Notes: a model not told the origin generated them from the sequence alone. A stretch of DNA of 45,060 bases from Promethearchaeota archaeon (GCA_048941285.1 JBHLNS010000025.1:2891-47950); one strand, 5' to 3'; positions 29,205-39,876 are shown, counted from the first letter of the stretch. Program-made: numbers and translations.

Positions 29205-29340
29205 TTACTTTAGTATTCACCCTTTAAAATTATCTTGTAATCAAATACACTAGAAATTTATTTAAAAGTCTTATAAATGTTTGCTTTGATGAGTATGCCT
29301 AAGTCGATTTCCAGAGATAAGAATCGACTAACAGTTTTAA

Positions 29341-29790
29341 TTATAAATACGGTAAAAACTTATCTAGAGTTATTTTAACGCCTATTTTTGACGGGATATC
29401 CACTGCTTTCTTTACATCGTCATAAGAATAACCCTTATTATATAAATTTTCTATTGCGGGAGAGAAAACTTTGTTATAATATTTATCGCCAATCTTATTT
29501 ATAATTTTATCGAACTCTTTAGTTGTTATCCATTTTTCTTTTTTTCTATGAGTTATTGATACACCTTTTTCCTTTCCTTTTTGTTCTAATTTGTATTTCT
29601 GTTCTTCTCTTCCTAAACGTGCTTGATATCCAACAATAGCAATCACAATACCGTGTATTTTTGCTTCTTCTTCACGATGTCCAGCTTTAAGCCAGTCAAT
29701 ACGATGATATTCAGAGATGATGTCCCACTTACCTATCTTTATAGATTTTATCTCTTCTATTTCATTTGAATTAAAGCCCTTTGATGACAT
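29341..29790 (-). CDS. hypothetical basic protein
   Basis: 149-aa ORF, Lys-rich, no family assigned. Confidence 0.7.
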   Translation of the reverse strand: MSSKGFNSNEIEEIKSIKIGKWDIISEYHRIDWLKAGHREEEAKIHGIVIAIVGYQARLGREEQKYKLEQKGKEKGVSITHRKKEKWITTKEFDKIINKIGDKYYNKVFSPAIENLYNKGYSYDDVKKAVDIPSKIGVKITLDKFLPYL

Positions 29791-30020
29791 TTGTTTTACA
29801 AACCATTATTCTAGATTTATAAGAATAAATAAGTAAACCGTGATTTTATTTCTTTTAGTATAATTCCTACTGGAGCCCCAATAATATTATAAATTTAAAA
29901 TGTGAATATTATTCGCTCCTATTAATTAATCTCAAGGTTTATATATCACATCCAATAAATATAATATATTTATCAGTTTTTAATAAACGAAATCTCAATA
30001 GACTACCTATTTAGAGAAAA

Positions 30021-30698
30021 ATGAGAAGATTAGGTAAATTAGTGTATTGTGGATTAATAATTATATTAGTCGGTATAATTGGATATATTTCGACTTGGGC
30101 ATCCTATAATTATGTCTGGCCAATTTTGATGATGATTGGTTTGGTTATTTTGATTATTGGGGCTATTTTTACAGGGATTACCAATAAGAGACTCATGATT
30201 GGAGGAATTTTAGGTTTATCAAGCATTTTGTTGACAATAGCATTTCCAAATTTGCTAAATTGGTATAGAATAGAATATATAGAGGAAGTTAGTGGCTTTA
30301 TCTTTGGTCTTTATATTACTGGATTTGGGAGTGCTTATATCATAGGTACAGTTCCTATAGTAATCAGTCTTATCCTTTTAGAACTTTTTGGAGGTATCTT
30401 GATTTTAACGGGTTCAATTGGTTGTATTTTTAGTGCGATAAAAGAGTCAAGAGTTATTGGAATTATTGGGGGAATTTTAATACTATTAGTTCCAATTATA
30501 TTTACAATTGATCTTTTTCTAGGGTTAGGTTTTTTTATCCAGTTAATAACATCTCTGGGAGCAGGTAGTTTTAGAGGTACTCTTTTTTATGGAATGATGC
30601 GATATTCTGGAGCAATTCTGACATGGGGAGTAGGAGTTGGTTTTTATATATGTTTAGCAAGTGGGATTATAGTATTATCAAGTGCTAGAACTATTTGA
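30021..30698 (+). CDS. hypothetical multi-pass membrane protein
   Basis: About 6-7 Gly-rich hydrophobic helices. Confidence 0.75.
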   Translation: MRRLGKLVYCGLIIILVGIIGYISTWASYNYVWPILMMIGLVILIIGAIFTGITNKRLMIGGILGLSSILLTIAFPNLLNWYRIEYIEEVSGFIFGLYITGFGSAYIIGTVPIVISLILLELFGGILILTGSIGCIFSAIKESRVIGIIGGILILLVPIIFTIDLFLGLGFFIQLITSLGAGSFRGTLFYGMMRYSGAILTWGVGVGFYICLASGIIVLSSARTI

Positions 30699-30740
30699 AA
30701 TCAAAATAAAGTTTAAAAATATATAAAAAATAAATATTAA

Positions 30741-31379
30741 TTGAAGATAGGAGGGCAATTAAAAATAATGAATGAAATTAAAAACAAAATTTATATATTT
30801 GGATTTCAGTTAAATAAAAATTGGACAGGAACTCTCTTTTTTATAGGCTTACTCGGAGTTTTATATAACTCTAAATTCTGGATGAATATTTTAACGATAA
30901 TAAGTTATATACGTGTTATGGAGGGCTTGCCTCCTTCTATTCAAGTAAATTACATAGGTTATATAATCATTAATTCATTTTCAATTATTTTCGGCTGTGT
31001 ACTATTTTGTATCTGCCTTTATATCCTGATTAGGTGTAAACAATCGAGATCAATTGAGCCTGAATTGAATAATAACCCTAAATTATTTAACTTTTACTTA
31101 TCCCAATCTCATCTTCTGGGCATCTTTATCGTATCACTGCTCGTAATATTATATACATTCCCGGCTTTTATTAGTGGAATATATGATCTTGCAATGTTTG
31201 CATATTATTCAATTTTAAGTGGTGAATTTATGACAATAGGATATTTGCTCCAATCAGCTCTTTATTTATTAATCTACAGTTATTTATTTAGCTTGGAATT
31301 ATGTATGTTTATAATATGTATAATCGCAGCGAGAGTAAGTCGAAGATCACTGAGAAATAGGTTTTCAATTAAAGAATAA
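30741..31379 (+). CDS. hypothetical membrane protein with internal two-fold repeat
   Basis: 4 TM helices; the halves begin KIYIFGFQL and KLFNFYLSQ. The start is likely the ATG at 30768. Confidence 0.7.
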   Translation: MKIGGQLKIMNEIKNKIYIFGFQLNKNWTGTLFFIGLLGVLYNSKFWMNILTIISYIRVMEGLPPSIQVNYIGYIIINSFSIIFGCVLFCICLYILIRCKQSRSIEPELNNNPKLFNFYLSQSHLLGIFIVSLLVILYTFPAFISGIYDLAMFAYYSILSGEFMTIGYLLQSALYLLIYSYLFSLELCMFIICIIAARVSRRSLRNRFSIKE

Positions 31380-31664
31380 AACGTATTACTACAAAATTTT
31401 TCATAAGTACTATGAAATTTGGGTACAGTATTAATTTCTAGAGCCCAAAAAAGATTTCGAGAGGGTATTTCCTTAATTAATCAAATAAAAGCAAAAGTTC
31501 AAGAGGTTGAAAGTTTAGGGGGTGGAAAAAATGGTTATAGTAGTGGAAAGTCCTGAGATGGAAGATCCTCTTAAATTATTTAAAGAAGATATAATATAAT
31601 AAGAACTATTTAAAAAAATAAAAAGATTTATTAAAAATTAATTTTACATAATACTTTCTTAATT

Positions 31665-32435
31665 TTACATTTCTACACCGTATCCACATTTAAAGTAGGT
31701 CCGTTCTCTTACCCATCCGCTATGATCATAGAATTCTGAAGCAAAAAGTGTTGGAGCGCCCCAAAAACCAAAATCAATATAAATCGGAATAAAAACTGTT
31801 CCATACCCTAATAAACCTATATTGAAATTAGTAGAATTGAATCCCTTTAAAGTGGCTCTATCTATTTCTATTTCAAATATTCGATGCAAATTTGGCGAAT
31901 TTATAGAAGATTGGAATCCATACTCAACTATAGAATTAGTAGCATTTAATGTAGCAATATATTCACGACCCCCTAAATTAAGTGTTTCATTGATGTGTTC
32001 CGCTTCTGGGATATAACACAACATTTCATGGCCTGGATTTGCAGCGAAGGCATTCCAATGAATATCACTTGTAAATTCACTGAGAGAATTGTCAGTATCA
32101 ATCCAAACAGCAAGAAATTCGTCAGTTGTATCAGCAGTAATATCACTCGCAAAATCTATTAAAATATAAAGTGAATTTAGGGTTAAATGAATATAAAAGA
32201 AATTATGCGTAACTAAGTTATCGTCATCTGTCAATAAATATTCTATGAATTGCCAGTCTGAGTATTGCCAACCTTCAGCTGCGTTAAAATTGCCATCGAT
32301 CACAACATTAAACGTCCCCCCTTCACCTATTCTAGGGAAAAAATAACCAATAAATCCACCAGATACCCCTGCTACCAAAAAAATTCCTATAATGACGCCT
32401 ATCAAATTTTTTCTTTCAATCGGCATAGTTCTCAT
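31665..32435 (-). CDS. membrane-anchored extracellular protein, DOMON/CBM9-like beta-sandwich
   Basis: N-terminal TM anchor, then VIDG...W, LYILID, VWIDTDN and FEIEI motifs. Confidence 0.6.
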   Translation of the reverse strand: MRTMPIERKNLIGVIIGIFLVAGVSGGFIGYFFPRIGEGGTFNVVIDGNFNAAEGWQYSDWQFIEYLLTDDDNLVTHNFFYIHLTLNSLYILIDFASDITADTTDEFLAVWIDTDNSLSEFTSDIHWNAFAANPGHEMLCYIPEAEHINETLNLGGREYIATLNATNSIVEYGFQSSINSPNLHRIFEIEIDRATLKGFNSTNFNIGLLGYGTVFIPIYIDFGFWGAPTLFASEFYDHSGWVRERTYFKCGYGVEM

Positions 32436-32606
32436 ACCATTTTTAAGATTTTTTAGTTAAAAATATTTTTATATAAGATCCAAATTCACACATTTATTTT
32501 TTTGTATTAAATAATTTTATTAAAACTATAATTTTAGAAAACAAACACTACTTTTCAATGAGAAAATTATTTTAAACGGATTAAAATCTAAATTATGAGG
32601 AAATCT

Positions 32607-33782
32607 TTAGGATTTCTGAGAATATAGATTGGAGTCATGTTCTTTAAGAGTGTCTGTAAGAACTAAACACAGTTTCTTTAAAATTACAGTATTCACTTTA
32701 TCGAGTGTATCATTTGGGGTATGCATATAGTCATATGCTTGCACCTCACCAATTCCAAAACCTTGAAATCCCTTATCTCCTAAGAAACCACCATCAGAAT
32801 GAGTGCCTAGAACTCTACTCGTAATGTAATGTCTGATAGGAAGTCTTCTTTTGTTATTCAATAATAAACGGTCAATATCTTGAATATGACTTCCTTCATT
32901 ATCTCCCGAAAAGAGAAATATGAAATTAGCTATAGATTCAAAATTAAATATTATTGATTTTTCGGAATCGAAATTCTTTAAATTATTATAGAAATGCCTA
33001 ATACCAATTGTTCCACATTCTTCAGCTCCACTAAAAAGAAACCACATATCATAATTCTTTAATCTGTTTTCAGGAAGACTATAATAATTTAAAAGTTCTA
33101 AATTGCATGCTATGCCGGAGGCATTATCGACTGCGCCCATTGAACTATTTTCAGTTTTATTGAGTACAATGATTATTGAAGCAAACATGTTTAAAATTAA
33201 AGGAAATAGCCCTATAATTAAAAATAATATCTCTAATCTTAAAAATTGCAGATTTTTTAATATAATAAAAAAAGGTAGAATAACTGATGAGGCAATCCAT
33301 AACTTAATTATCCTTATCCGGGTTTTAATTGTAAATCTTTGTCCTTTGGAATCCAAATGGCTCATAAATAACGCAATTCTATCAGAATTCTCAGATTTTC
33401 TCGGATTAGATTTAATCTTTATAATTAGGTTTTGTGAAATTAATTTTGAATTAATTTTAATTTTTTCAGGATTTCTAGTCAATATAAATGACGCAATAAT
33501 TACACCTAGCAAAAAACAAATCAAAACAAAAGACAAAATCTGAGATATATTCAAAAATGTTAAAAGTAATAGAAAGATTAATGAACCCGATGAAAATGCA
33601 ATCTTCGGATACAATCGCGAATAAAAAGAACTAAACGAAAAACGTTGGATTTCATAATTTAAATTTAAATTCTCTACTTCCCTTTTTACTTTATTAAAAG
33701 CTTTAAGTTCAAATCCAGTTCCTGATAATCGAGGAAAAGCAAATTCCTTAAGATTTTTTTTAATTCTGGCTACTCTGATCAT
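32607..33782 (-). CDS. membrane-bound M28 family metallopeptidase
   Basis: SHLDS, GAVDNASG, GAEECG, HSD and HTPNDT zinc-ligand motifs interrupted by TM pairs. Confidence 0.88.
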   Translation of the reverse strand: MIRVARIKKNLKEFAFPRLSGTGFELKAFNKVKREVENLNLNYEIQRFSFSSFYSRLYPKIAFSSGSLIFLLLLTFLNISQILSFVLICFLLGVIIASFILTRNPEKIKINSKLISQNLIIKIKSNPRKSENSDRIALFMSHLDSKGQRFTIKTRIRIIKLWIASSVILPFFIILKNLQFLRLEILFLIIGLFPLILNMFASIIIVLNKTENSSMGAVDNASGIACNLELLNYYSLPENRLKNYDMWFLFSGAEECGTIGIRHFYNNLKNFDSEKSIIFNFESIANFIFLFSGDNEGSHIQDIDRLLLNNKRRLPIRHYITSRVLGTHSDGGFLGDKGFQGFGIGEVQAYDYMHTPNDTLDKVNTVILKKLCLVLTDTLKEHDSNLYSQKS

Positions 33783-33952
33783 TAGAATCTTTAGGACTTA
33801 TTAAATCTCTTTAAAGTTGAAAAAAATCTTTTAAAGTATTATTTACGATTATTATTTTAATTAAACTCAACAATTAAAAGTTTTCATGAATTGTTTAAAA
33901 TTTAAATACGATATGTTTATTTTTTTCAATCAGAATCTCAAAATTAATCTTT

Positions 33953-34327
33953 TTAAGAATTCTTAGGAGAAATGTAATATTCTAATACTTTCAAGGCAAA
34001 CCTACTTGAAACTGTTGCAGGGCCTCCTCCCATTTCAATTCCAACTTCAATTGCTTCTAAAACATGTTTTTCAGAAGCTCCAGATCTTAAAGCTTCTTTA
34101 ATATGCCATTCCATGCATGATTCACAATTTATTACAGTTGAAATACCTACTGCTATTAATTCCTTGTGAACCTTTCTTAGGCTTCTATCTGAATATGTTT
34201 GTTTTTCCATATTCAAAAAAGCACTATAGACTTTAGAATCAAGTTCTTTCAATTTTTTATCGCTTTCATTTCTTTCATTGATAATTTTTTCAATTTTCTT
34301 TCTGTCTTCCTCATTCAAAACAATCAC
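33953..34327 (-). CDS. carboxymuconolactone decarboxylase / AhpD-like protein
   Basis: KELIAVGIS...CESCMEWH...A...GA...EAI motif. Confidence 0.88.
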   Translation of the reverse strand: MIVLNEEDRKKIEKIINERNESDKKLKELDSKVYSAFLNMEKQTYSDRSLRKVHKELIAVGISTVINCESCMEWHIKEALRSGASEKHVLEAIEVGIEMGGGPATVSSRFALKVLEYYISPKNS

Positions 34328-34417
34328 ATTTATTTTCAGTAAATAATTTAGAAAAATCTTTTTTCCAATAAATAGATGTAATTCTTGAACTTTCCAAGAA
34401 CCTTTAATTTTAAGAAA

Positions 34418-35341
34418 TTATAAGTTCAATTCCCATTTCTCTTCTGTTAAATTTTTCCCCCAAATAGTGTGAGAATTAGATTCAACCAATCGAAAACCAT
34501 TATTTTCATATAATTTACGAGCTACTATAAGATCACTAAAAGTTCCTAATTGAATTTTTTTGTAACCATGATTTTTACTGAAATTAATTGCTTCATAAAT
34601 TAGTTTCGTTCCGATTCCTTTATTTCGCATATGAGGCTCAACTAGAAGCCATCTTAGTTGTGCAGTTTCCTCGTCAATTTTAACAATTGCGATTGAACCA
34701 ATAATTTCGGTTCCCCTTTCTACTATCCATAGCTTTTCTCTTTTTCGATCATAATTTTCGATAAATTCTGCTATGTATTTAGCAACATAAGCTTCAAAAG
34801 TCTCATCAAGTTGATATTCCTTAGTATAAATCACTCCATGTCGATATGTGACATAACCAATATCACCAGGCTTATGAGGCCGTAAACTGTAAAAGTGCGA
34901 TTGTTCAAGTTCACTTTTCAAAATACTCTCAATAGTTTCCATGGCATTGATAAGTTGATCTTGTTCATCATCAGATATATCTATAAGCAACGCTTTAATC
35001 TGCTCGTTTGCTTTCTCTTGAAGTTCTGAAATCACATTTTTTCCTTCTGATGTCAATGAAAGAAGTTGTTTTCGCAAATCTTTATCTGATTTTTTTTTTA
35101 GAATCAAATTTTTCCGTTCAAAACTACTCAATATTCGACTGAGATATGCAGGATCTACATTAAGCAGTTTAACAAGTTTACTTGCAGTTGTAATTGATAA
35201 ACGGTTAAGTTCAAACATGATTCGTACTTCAGTTAAAGAATATTTACTTTTTAGGAGAGTTTTATCTAACAACCCGAGTAAATTAGTATAGAACCGATTA
35301 AAACTTCTTATTTTACCTATTTTCTCTGAATTTAATTTCAA
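34418..35341 (-). CDS. bifunctional MarR-family regulator / GNAT acetyltransferase
   Basis: IRSFNRFYT, LTEVRIMFEL, YLSRIL and DLRKQLLSLT MarR wHTH; C-terminal AQLRWLLVEP..RNKGIG and ARKLY..GF. Confidence 0.92.
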   Translation of the reverse strand: MKLNSEKIGKIRSFNRFYTNLLGLLDKTLLKSKYSLTEVRIMFELNRLSITTASKLVKLLNVDPAYLSRILSSFERKNLILKKKSDKDLRKQLLSLTSEGKNVISELQEKANEQIKALLIDISDDEQDQLINAMETIESILKSELEQSHFYSLRPHKPGDIGYVTYRHGVIYTKEYQLDETFEAYVAKYIAEFIENYDRKREKLWIVERGTEIIGSIAIVKIDEETAQLRWLLVEPHMRNKGIGTKLIYEAINFSKNHGYKKIQLGTFSDLIVARKLYENNGFRLVESNSHTIWGKNLTEEKWELNL

Positions 35342-35378
35342 TGATAATCAATATCTAATGTGATTTTTTTAATTTAAA

Positions 35379-35417
35379 TCTTGACAATAACAACTAAATA
35401 TTTGACAATATCAAATA
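35379..35417. promoter_or_regulatory. tandem palindromic operator, likely the MarR-GNAT autoregulatory site
   Basis: TATTTGA-CAATA-TCAAATA (35399-35417) preceded by a degenerate copy TCTTGACAATAACAACT. Confidence 0.6.
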
Positions 35418-35491
35418 AGTTAAATAATATTTTTTTAACTTGGGCTGTTTAAAAAATTGGCTTTTAAAAATATAGTTTTAGATTTATCATC

Positions 35492-36094
35492 ATGATTATT
35501 GATCACTGTGATAAGACAATCAGTATAAAAATTGTTTATTTTGGACCTGCTTTTTCAGGGAAGACTACTTCTATAAAAGCTTTATTTTCTCATTTTGGTA
35601 AAGGTGAGGTTCTTCATAGTATTGAATCTACAGTGAATAGAACTTTATTTTTTGATTATGGAACAGTTACTTTCCAAAATCAGGAATGGAAATTAAAACT
35701 CCATATTTATACTACAACTGGTCAAGATTTTTATTTTGTCACCCGGCCAGTGACCCTACGAGCGGTTGATGGGATAATATTTGTAATAGATTCTCAAGAA
35801 AAAGTTTATAACCGCAATTTAGCGTCTTGGCAAGAACTTATTTTGTATTTTCGGGAAACACTTAAAGAAATTCCTATAATTATAGCATTTAATAAACAAG
35901 ATTTGCCTGAAAAATTTAATCCAAGACATTTCTTGAATGAAATACAGTATGAAAAATTAAGAAACATTGAGAAAAGATTTACTATCGCAATCAGTGGAGA
36001 GGGAGTATTAAATTGTTTTGAAGATCTCTTACGATTAATTTTAGGCAAATATTATAAACATAAATTAGTCTCGACTGTTAATTGGTTCAATTAA
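35492..36094 (+). CDS. MglA-like small Ras-superfamily GTPase
   Basis: KIVYFGPAFSGKTT (G1), RTLFFDY (G2), YTTTGQ (G3), VDGIIFVIDS and NKQD (G4). Confidence 0.9.
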   Translation: MIIDHCDKTISIKIVYFGPAFSGKTTSIKALFSHFGKGEVLHSIESTVNRTLFFDYGTVTFQNQEWKLKLHIYTTTGQDFYFVTRPVTLRAVDGIIFVIDSQEKVYNRNLASWQELILYFRETLKEIPIIIAFNKQDLPEKFNPRHFLNEIQYEKLRNIEKRFTIAISGEGVLNCFEDLLRLILGKYYKHKLVSTVNWFN

Positions 36095-36415
36095 AATCTT
36101 ATTTCAGATTAAAGAGAAAATAAAATTTAAAAAAAATTAAAGATAGAAGAATTTTTTAGCATAAAAAGAGAAATTTAGATTCACAGGCTCTTCAGAATTA
36201 ATGGAAGATTAATAACGTATATTTATGGAAACCAAGTTATTGATTAAAATAAATTACTAATTGAAAGATTATTGTCATTATTATCATACCACTAATTAAC
36301 CCTACAAGTAAACCATTCCAAAAATAATCTATTTTCTCAGTTAATTTCATATTCAATCATAACCTCATTTTTTTAATTTCAAATAAGAACAATTTCCTCC
36401 TCAACTTCTGAATTT

Positions 36416-37180
36416 TTAAATTAAGATTTTAACTAGCATTAAAACTCCTAACAAAATGCAAATAATTCCGATTAACATTCTTGCTTTTTCTTCACTCTTT
36501 ATTTTTTTTGTACTGAAAGTTCCTAATGGAGTGGCCAAAACCCCTGAAATTGTTAGAATGAATGGGAGTAAAAAATTAATTGGTCCATTTAGTATGGTAT
36601 ACATTATAAAACCTACTATAGATATAGCAAATTCAGCAGTTATTGCTACGCCAATTGATTCTTTTGTGTTTCTTCCTGAAATTACTTGACCTGCTGTTAC
36701 AATTGGACCAAATCCTCCGCCTGAAAGGGATTTATTGAATGCACTTAATATACCGAATAACTCTAAGGTACCTGGAGTGTATTTAAATTTCTTTTTAACT
36801 AGCAATATAAATCCAATAATTAAGACTAAAAGAGATGTATAAGTAATTATGATACTTTTAGGCAAACTCAATGCAATAAAAACCGAAATAATTGTTGCGA
36901 TAATTCCTAGAGATGTAAGAATAAAAACAATCCTGAAATTTTTTTCTCTTATTTTTAAATTACAATTATTAAATTTATGGTGGAAAAGGGAAGCTGAAAA
37001 TCCAGTTATAATTTGTGAAAATAAAATTGAGGGAACTATTAGAAAAATATCAAAACCTAATATTAAAAGAATTGGTGACATTAATGTTCCATATCCCATT
37101 CCTAAAGAACAATCAATAAATTCACAAATAAAGGCTAAAAATACAATTATTATAAGTAAATAAATGTCCATACCGATCAA
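36416..37180 (-). CDS. sulfite exporter TauE/SafE family membrane protein
   Basis: DCSLGMGYGT..SP and SGGGFGP repeated helix-loop motifs; about 8 TM helices. Confidence 0.88.
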   Translation of the reverse strand: MIGMDIYLLIIIVFLAFICEFIDCSLGMGYGTLMSPILLILGFDIFLIVPSILFSQIITGFSASLFHHKFNNCNLKIREKNFRIVFILTSLGIIATIISVFIALSLPKSIIITYTSLLVLIIGFILLVKKKFKYTPGTLELFGILSAFNKSLSGGGFGPIVTAGQVISGRNTKESIGVAITAEFAISIVGFIMYTILNGPINFLLPFILTISGVLATPLGTFSTKKIKSEEKARMLIGIICILLGVLMLVKILI

Positions 37181-37564
37181 AATCCTTCAATTTTATATGA
37201 CATTTTGTTAATATGTTTAATTACAAATTATAGCCATAAAATTTAGATAAATTTTTAAGTTAATGTGTGGTAATTATGTTTAATTGAGAACTATCGATAT
37301 ATAATTAAATGTAATTATCGATATTTAAACATTACGGTTTTCCTAAAATTAGAAATTTATTGAAAAATCGAGTCTAATTAACTATTCAAATTTCAGAAGA
37401 ATTGTACAAGGTAGAATGGGGACAATTTTAAGAATTTGAAATGATAAAGCGAAATTTTTCGTGCCATATTTATAAAAGAATTTGAGGAAAAAGTTAAAAA
37501 TGGGTGGAGAAGTCGGCAACTTATCGGTAATAAGATGATTTTTAGAAATACAATGAAAAAGTGA

Positions 37565-38032
37565 TTATAAAACTCGATTTTCTGTTTGTAACATTGTTTT
37601 TATAGGCCTTAGGACAACACAAACCCTTTCCACACTTTTTACATCTGCACGAGCACGAAATGATTCTATTAACGCATCTAATTCAATAATCTCTGGGACA
37701 TTAACTTTTATTAAAACACCACATTCTCCTGCAAGAAAATAAACTTCCTCACATTGGGGAAGTATTTGAGCTTCTCTCAACAACTCTTTTGTTTCTGCTT
37801 GAGTTTTAGGAATAAGAGTAAGAAATGCTATAATACATCTCTCATCTTCGCGACAAATTTTGATAGTGAATTTTTCAATGACTCCTTCCTCTTGTAGTTT
37901 AATAACTCTTTTTCTTACGGTAGATTCAGATAGCTGAACATTTGGATCTGCAGCAATTTCATGATAGGGTCTTCTAGAGTCCTCAAGAAGCATCTCAAGT
38001 ATTCTTTTATCCTTATCATCAAGATTTTTCAT
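37565..38032 (-). CDS. Lrp/AsnC family transcriptional regulator
   Basis: LDDKDKRIL...DSRRPY..IA...LSESTVRKRV..L.EEGVIEKFT HTH plus RAM domain. Confidence 0.92.
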   Translation of the reverse strand: MKNLDDKDKRILEMLLEDSRRPYHEIAADPNVQLSESTVRKRVIKLQEEGVIEKFTIKICREDERCIIAFLTLIPKTQAETKELLREAQILPQCEEVYFLAGECGVLIKVNVPEIIELDALIESFRARADVKSVERVCVVLRPIKTMLQTENRVL

Positions 38033-38132
38033 GTTTCATTCATACCTTTTATTTTAATTGATGTTTAAAAAAAATAATAATTTTATATTAAAAATTGTAA
38101 AAAATTTTATTTATTAATCACTTTATAATGAC

Positions 38133-39086
38133 TTATTTAACGTATTTGGGGTAATCCTTAAGCAATGGATCAAATAATCTTTCATATTCAACAGCCATGC
38201 AATGAATTCCCGCTGCTTTTGTAGTTTTTTTGATCTCCTTGATGAATGGCTCAAAATATTCAATATTAATTTTATCTAATGCAGCGTATTTAGCTGGTTT
38301 ATTCCCTTTGTTTTCTTTTTCTGCAGTCTTGAGTGATTTCAGGAGATCCTTTGGGACTGAAACTCCAGGTATGTAGTTATCGAAATACCAAGCTATCCCA
38401 TAAGATTTTAACGGAAAAACTCCTAGTAAAACAGGTACGTTAAATTGCTCTAAATCCTTAAGAAAATCTTTTGCTTGTTCAATATCGAAGGCTGTTTGAG
38501 TTTGAATAAAATCGACTCCTTGTTCTACTTTACGTCCGACTTTGAGGATTTCTGGTTCTCTTGGATTGCTGTTTGGGTTAGCTACACATCCAAAGTTCAT
38601 TTCAATCTTACCACCCTCAACTTTATTGCCTTCATAATCGGTTCCGTCATCAATCATCATAGTAAGCATTTCAGCGAACTGAGTACTATCTATATCATAT
38701 ACGGGTCTGCCTTTTTTATGATCTCCTAGTGCTGTATGATCCCCAGTTAGGGTTAGAATATTTTTCAATCCCAACACAGCCCCTGCTACTACGTCCCCAA
38801 ATAAAGCAACACGATTACGATCTCTGACGGTGACTTGCCAAACCGCTTCAATTCCCACTTTTTCTTGAATTAGATAACTAGGTACTAATGAAGACATATA
38901 AGCATCTCCTTGAGGTCCATCTGTTACATTGGCAGCAACTATTTTTCCGGTTTTTTTCATTTCTTCAGCAGAATGAAAAATCTCATTTAGATCAAGAATT
39001 TTTTTTGGTTCAAGTTCACCTGTAAAAACAAAGTGACCTTCTTCAATTGCTTTACATAAGTTGCTATATGCAGGTCTTTTTGCCAT
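38133..39086 (-). CDS. metF: methylenetetrahydrofolate reductase catalytic subunit (copy 2, Hdr-associated)
   Basis: TGELEP, ANVTD, QVTVRDRNR, LTLTGDH, FIQTQ and GIHCM motifs. The start codon abuts the metV stop. Confidence 0.9.
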   Translation of the reverse strand: MAKRPAYSNLCKAIEEGHFVFTGELEPKKILDLNEIFHSAEEMKKTGKIVAANVTDGPQGDAYMSSLVPSYLIQEKVGIEAVWQVTVRDRNRVALFGDVVAGAVLGLKNILTLTGDHTALGDHKKGRPVYDIDSTQFAEMLTMMIDDGTDYEGNKVEGGKIEMNFGCVANPNSNPREPEILKVGRKVEQGVDFIQTQTAFDIEQAKDFLKDLEQFNVPVLLGVFPLKSYGIAWYFDNYIPGVSVPKDLLKSLKTAEKENKGNKPAKYAALDKINIEYFEPFIKEIKKTTKAAGIHCMAVEYERLFDPLLKDYPKYVK

Positions 39087-39785
39087 CTATCTTTTCGCCT
39101 CCTCTTTTTGATTTTCTTCGTTTGTATATTCTTTATATATTGTAATATAACTCGGACTCGTTGACGTACGATAATCTCTTGGACCACGATATTTTTTAAA
39201 TAAATCGAGTCTATTAAATTCTTTTAATCGCTTCCAAATATTTACCCATGCACAAGGAATTGTATATCCTCCTACTTCACACATTCCATCAACCATTCCT
39301 CCACATGGACCATTACTTAGATGCTTAGCACACCCAGCACGGGGACAAACACCACCAGTTTCACCAATTATGCAATCTCCGCATTCTTCGCAATATTCGA
39401 TATAACTGTTTTCGCCACTATTTTGGGCTCCTCCGAAATGACTATCCTGAGCAGGATAAGTCAAAATTTGTGGTAAAACCTTATTTAACATCACAACACC
39501 TAATCCACATGCTAATGATACTATGGCGTCAAAATCCTCAATGTTAGGGCGAACAGTGGTTGCAGCGATTCGATCATCACATTGCCTAAGAACTGTTATT
39601 GCTTTCCACCGGAGCTTTTTTCCTTCTGTACGAGCTTTCAACTCTAACAATTGACCCAAAACTTTTGCTTCAGACAAACTTCTTGGTGGTTGACAACATC
39701 CATCACAACCAGTAATTAAGATTTTATTGTAATCTTTTACCATTTCGTAGATTTCGTTTATATCTTTTTGTTGTGTAATAATCAT
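39087..39785 (-). CDS. metV: MetV subunit (copy 2, Hdr-associated)
   Basis: GCDGC, RQCD, ACGLGV and CEECGDC..TGGVCP..C.K.L.NGPCGG...C...C.W motifs. Confidence 0.88.
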   Translation of the reverse strand: MIITQQKDINEIYEMVKDYNKILITGCDGCCQPPRSLSEAKVLGQLLELKARTEGKKLRWKAITVLRQCDDRIAATTVRPNIEDFDAIVSLACGLGVVMLNKVLPQILTYPAQDSHFGGAQNSGENSYIEYCEECGDCIIGETGGVCPRAGCAKHLSNGPCGGMVDGMCEVGGYTIPCAWVNIWKRLKEFNRLDLFKKYRGPRDYRTSTSPSYITIYKEYTNEENQKEEAKR

Positions 39786-39876
39786 ATTATATTACTCCTT
39801 TCTTTCATATTTTTTTCATTTTTTTTTTTAATTCATAAGATTTATCTTAAATTGTGTTTAAAAAAAATTACACTAT

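Noticed and set aside
31450-31612. Purine-rich coding-like fragment
   Set aside because: It is frameshifted and too short to assign, and may be a gene remnant.
24640-36205. Scattered (GT)ATTAA-N5/6-RGAGCC-like strings at about 24700, 28040, 29870, 31430 and 36190
   Set aside because: They partly resemble the 3' half of the 61-bp repeat, but spacing varies and the palindromic core is absent. They cannot be separated from chance in AT-rich DNA by eye.
37385-37564. Coding-like plus-strand fragment between tauE and lrp
   Set aside because: Multiple stops and no identifiable homology.
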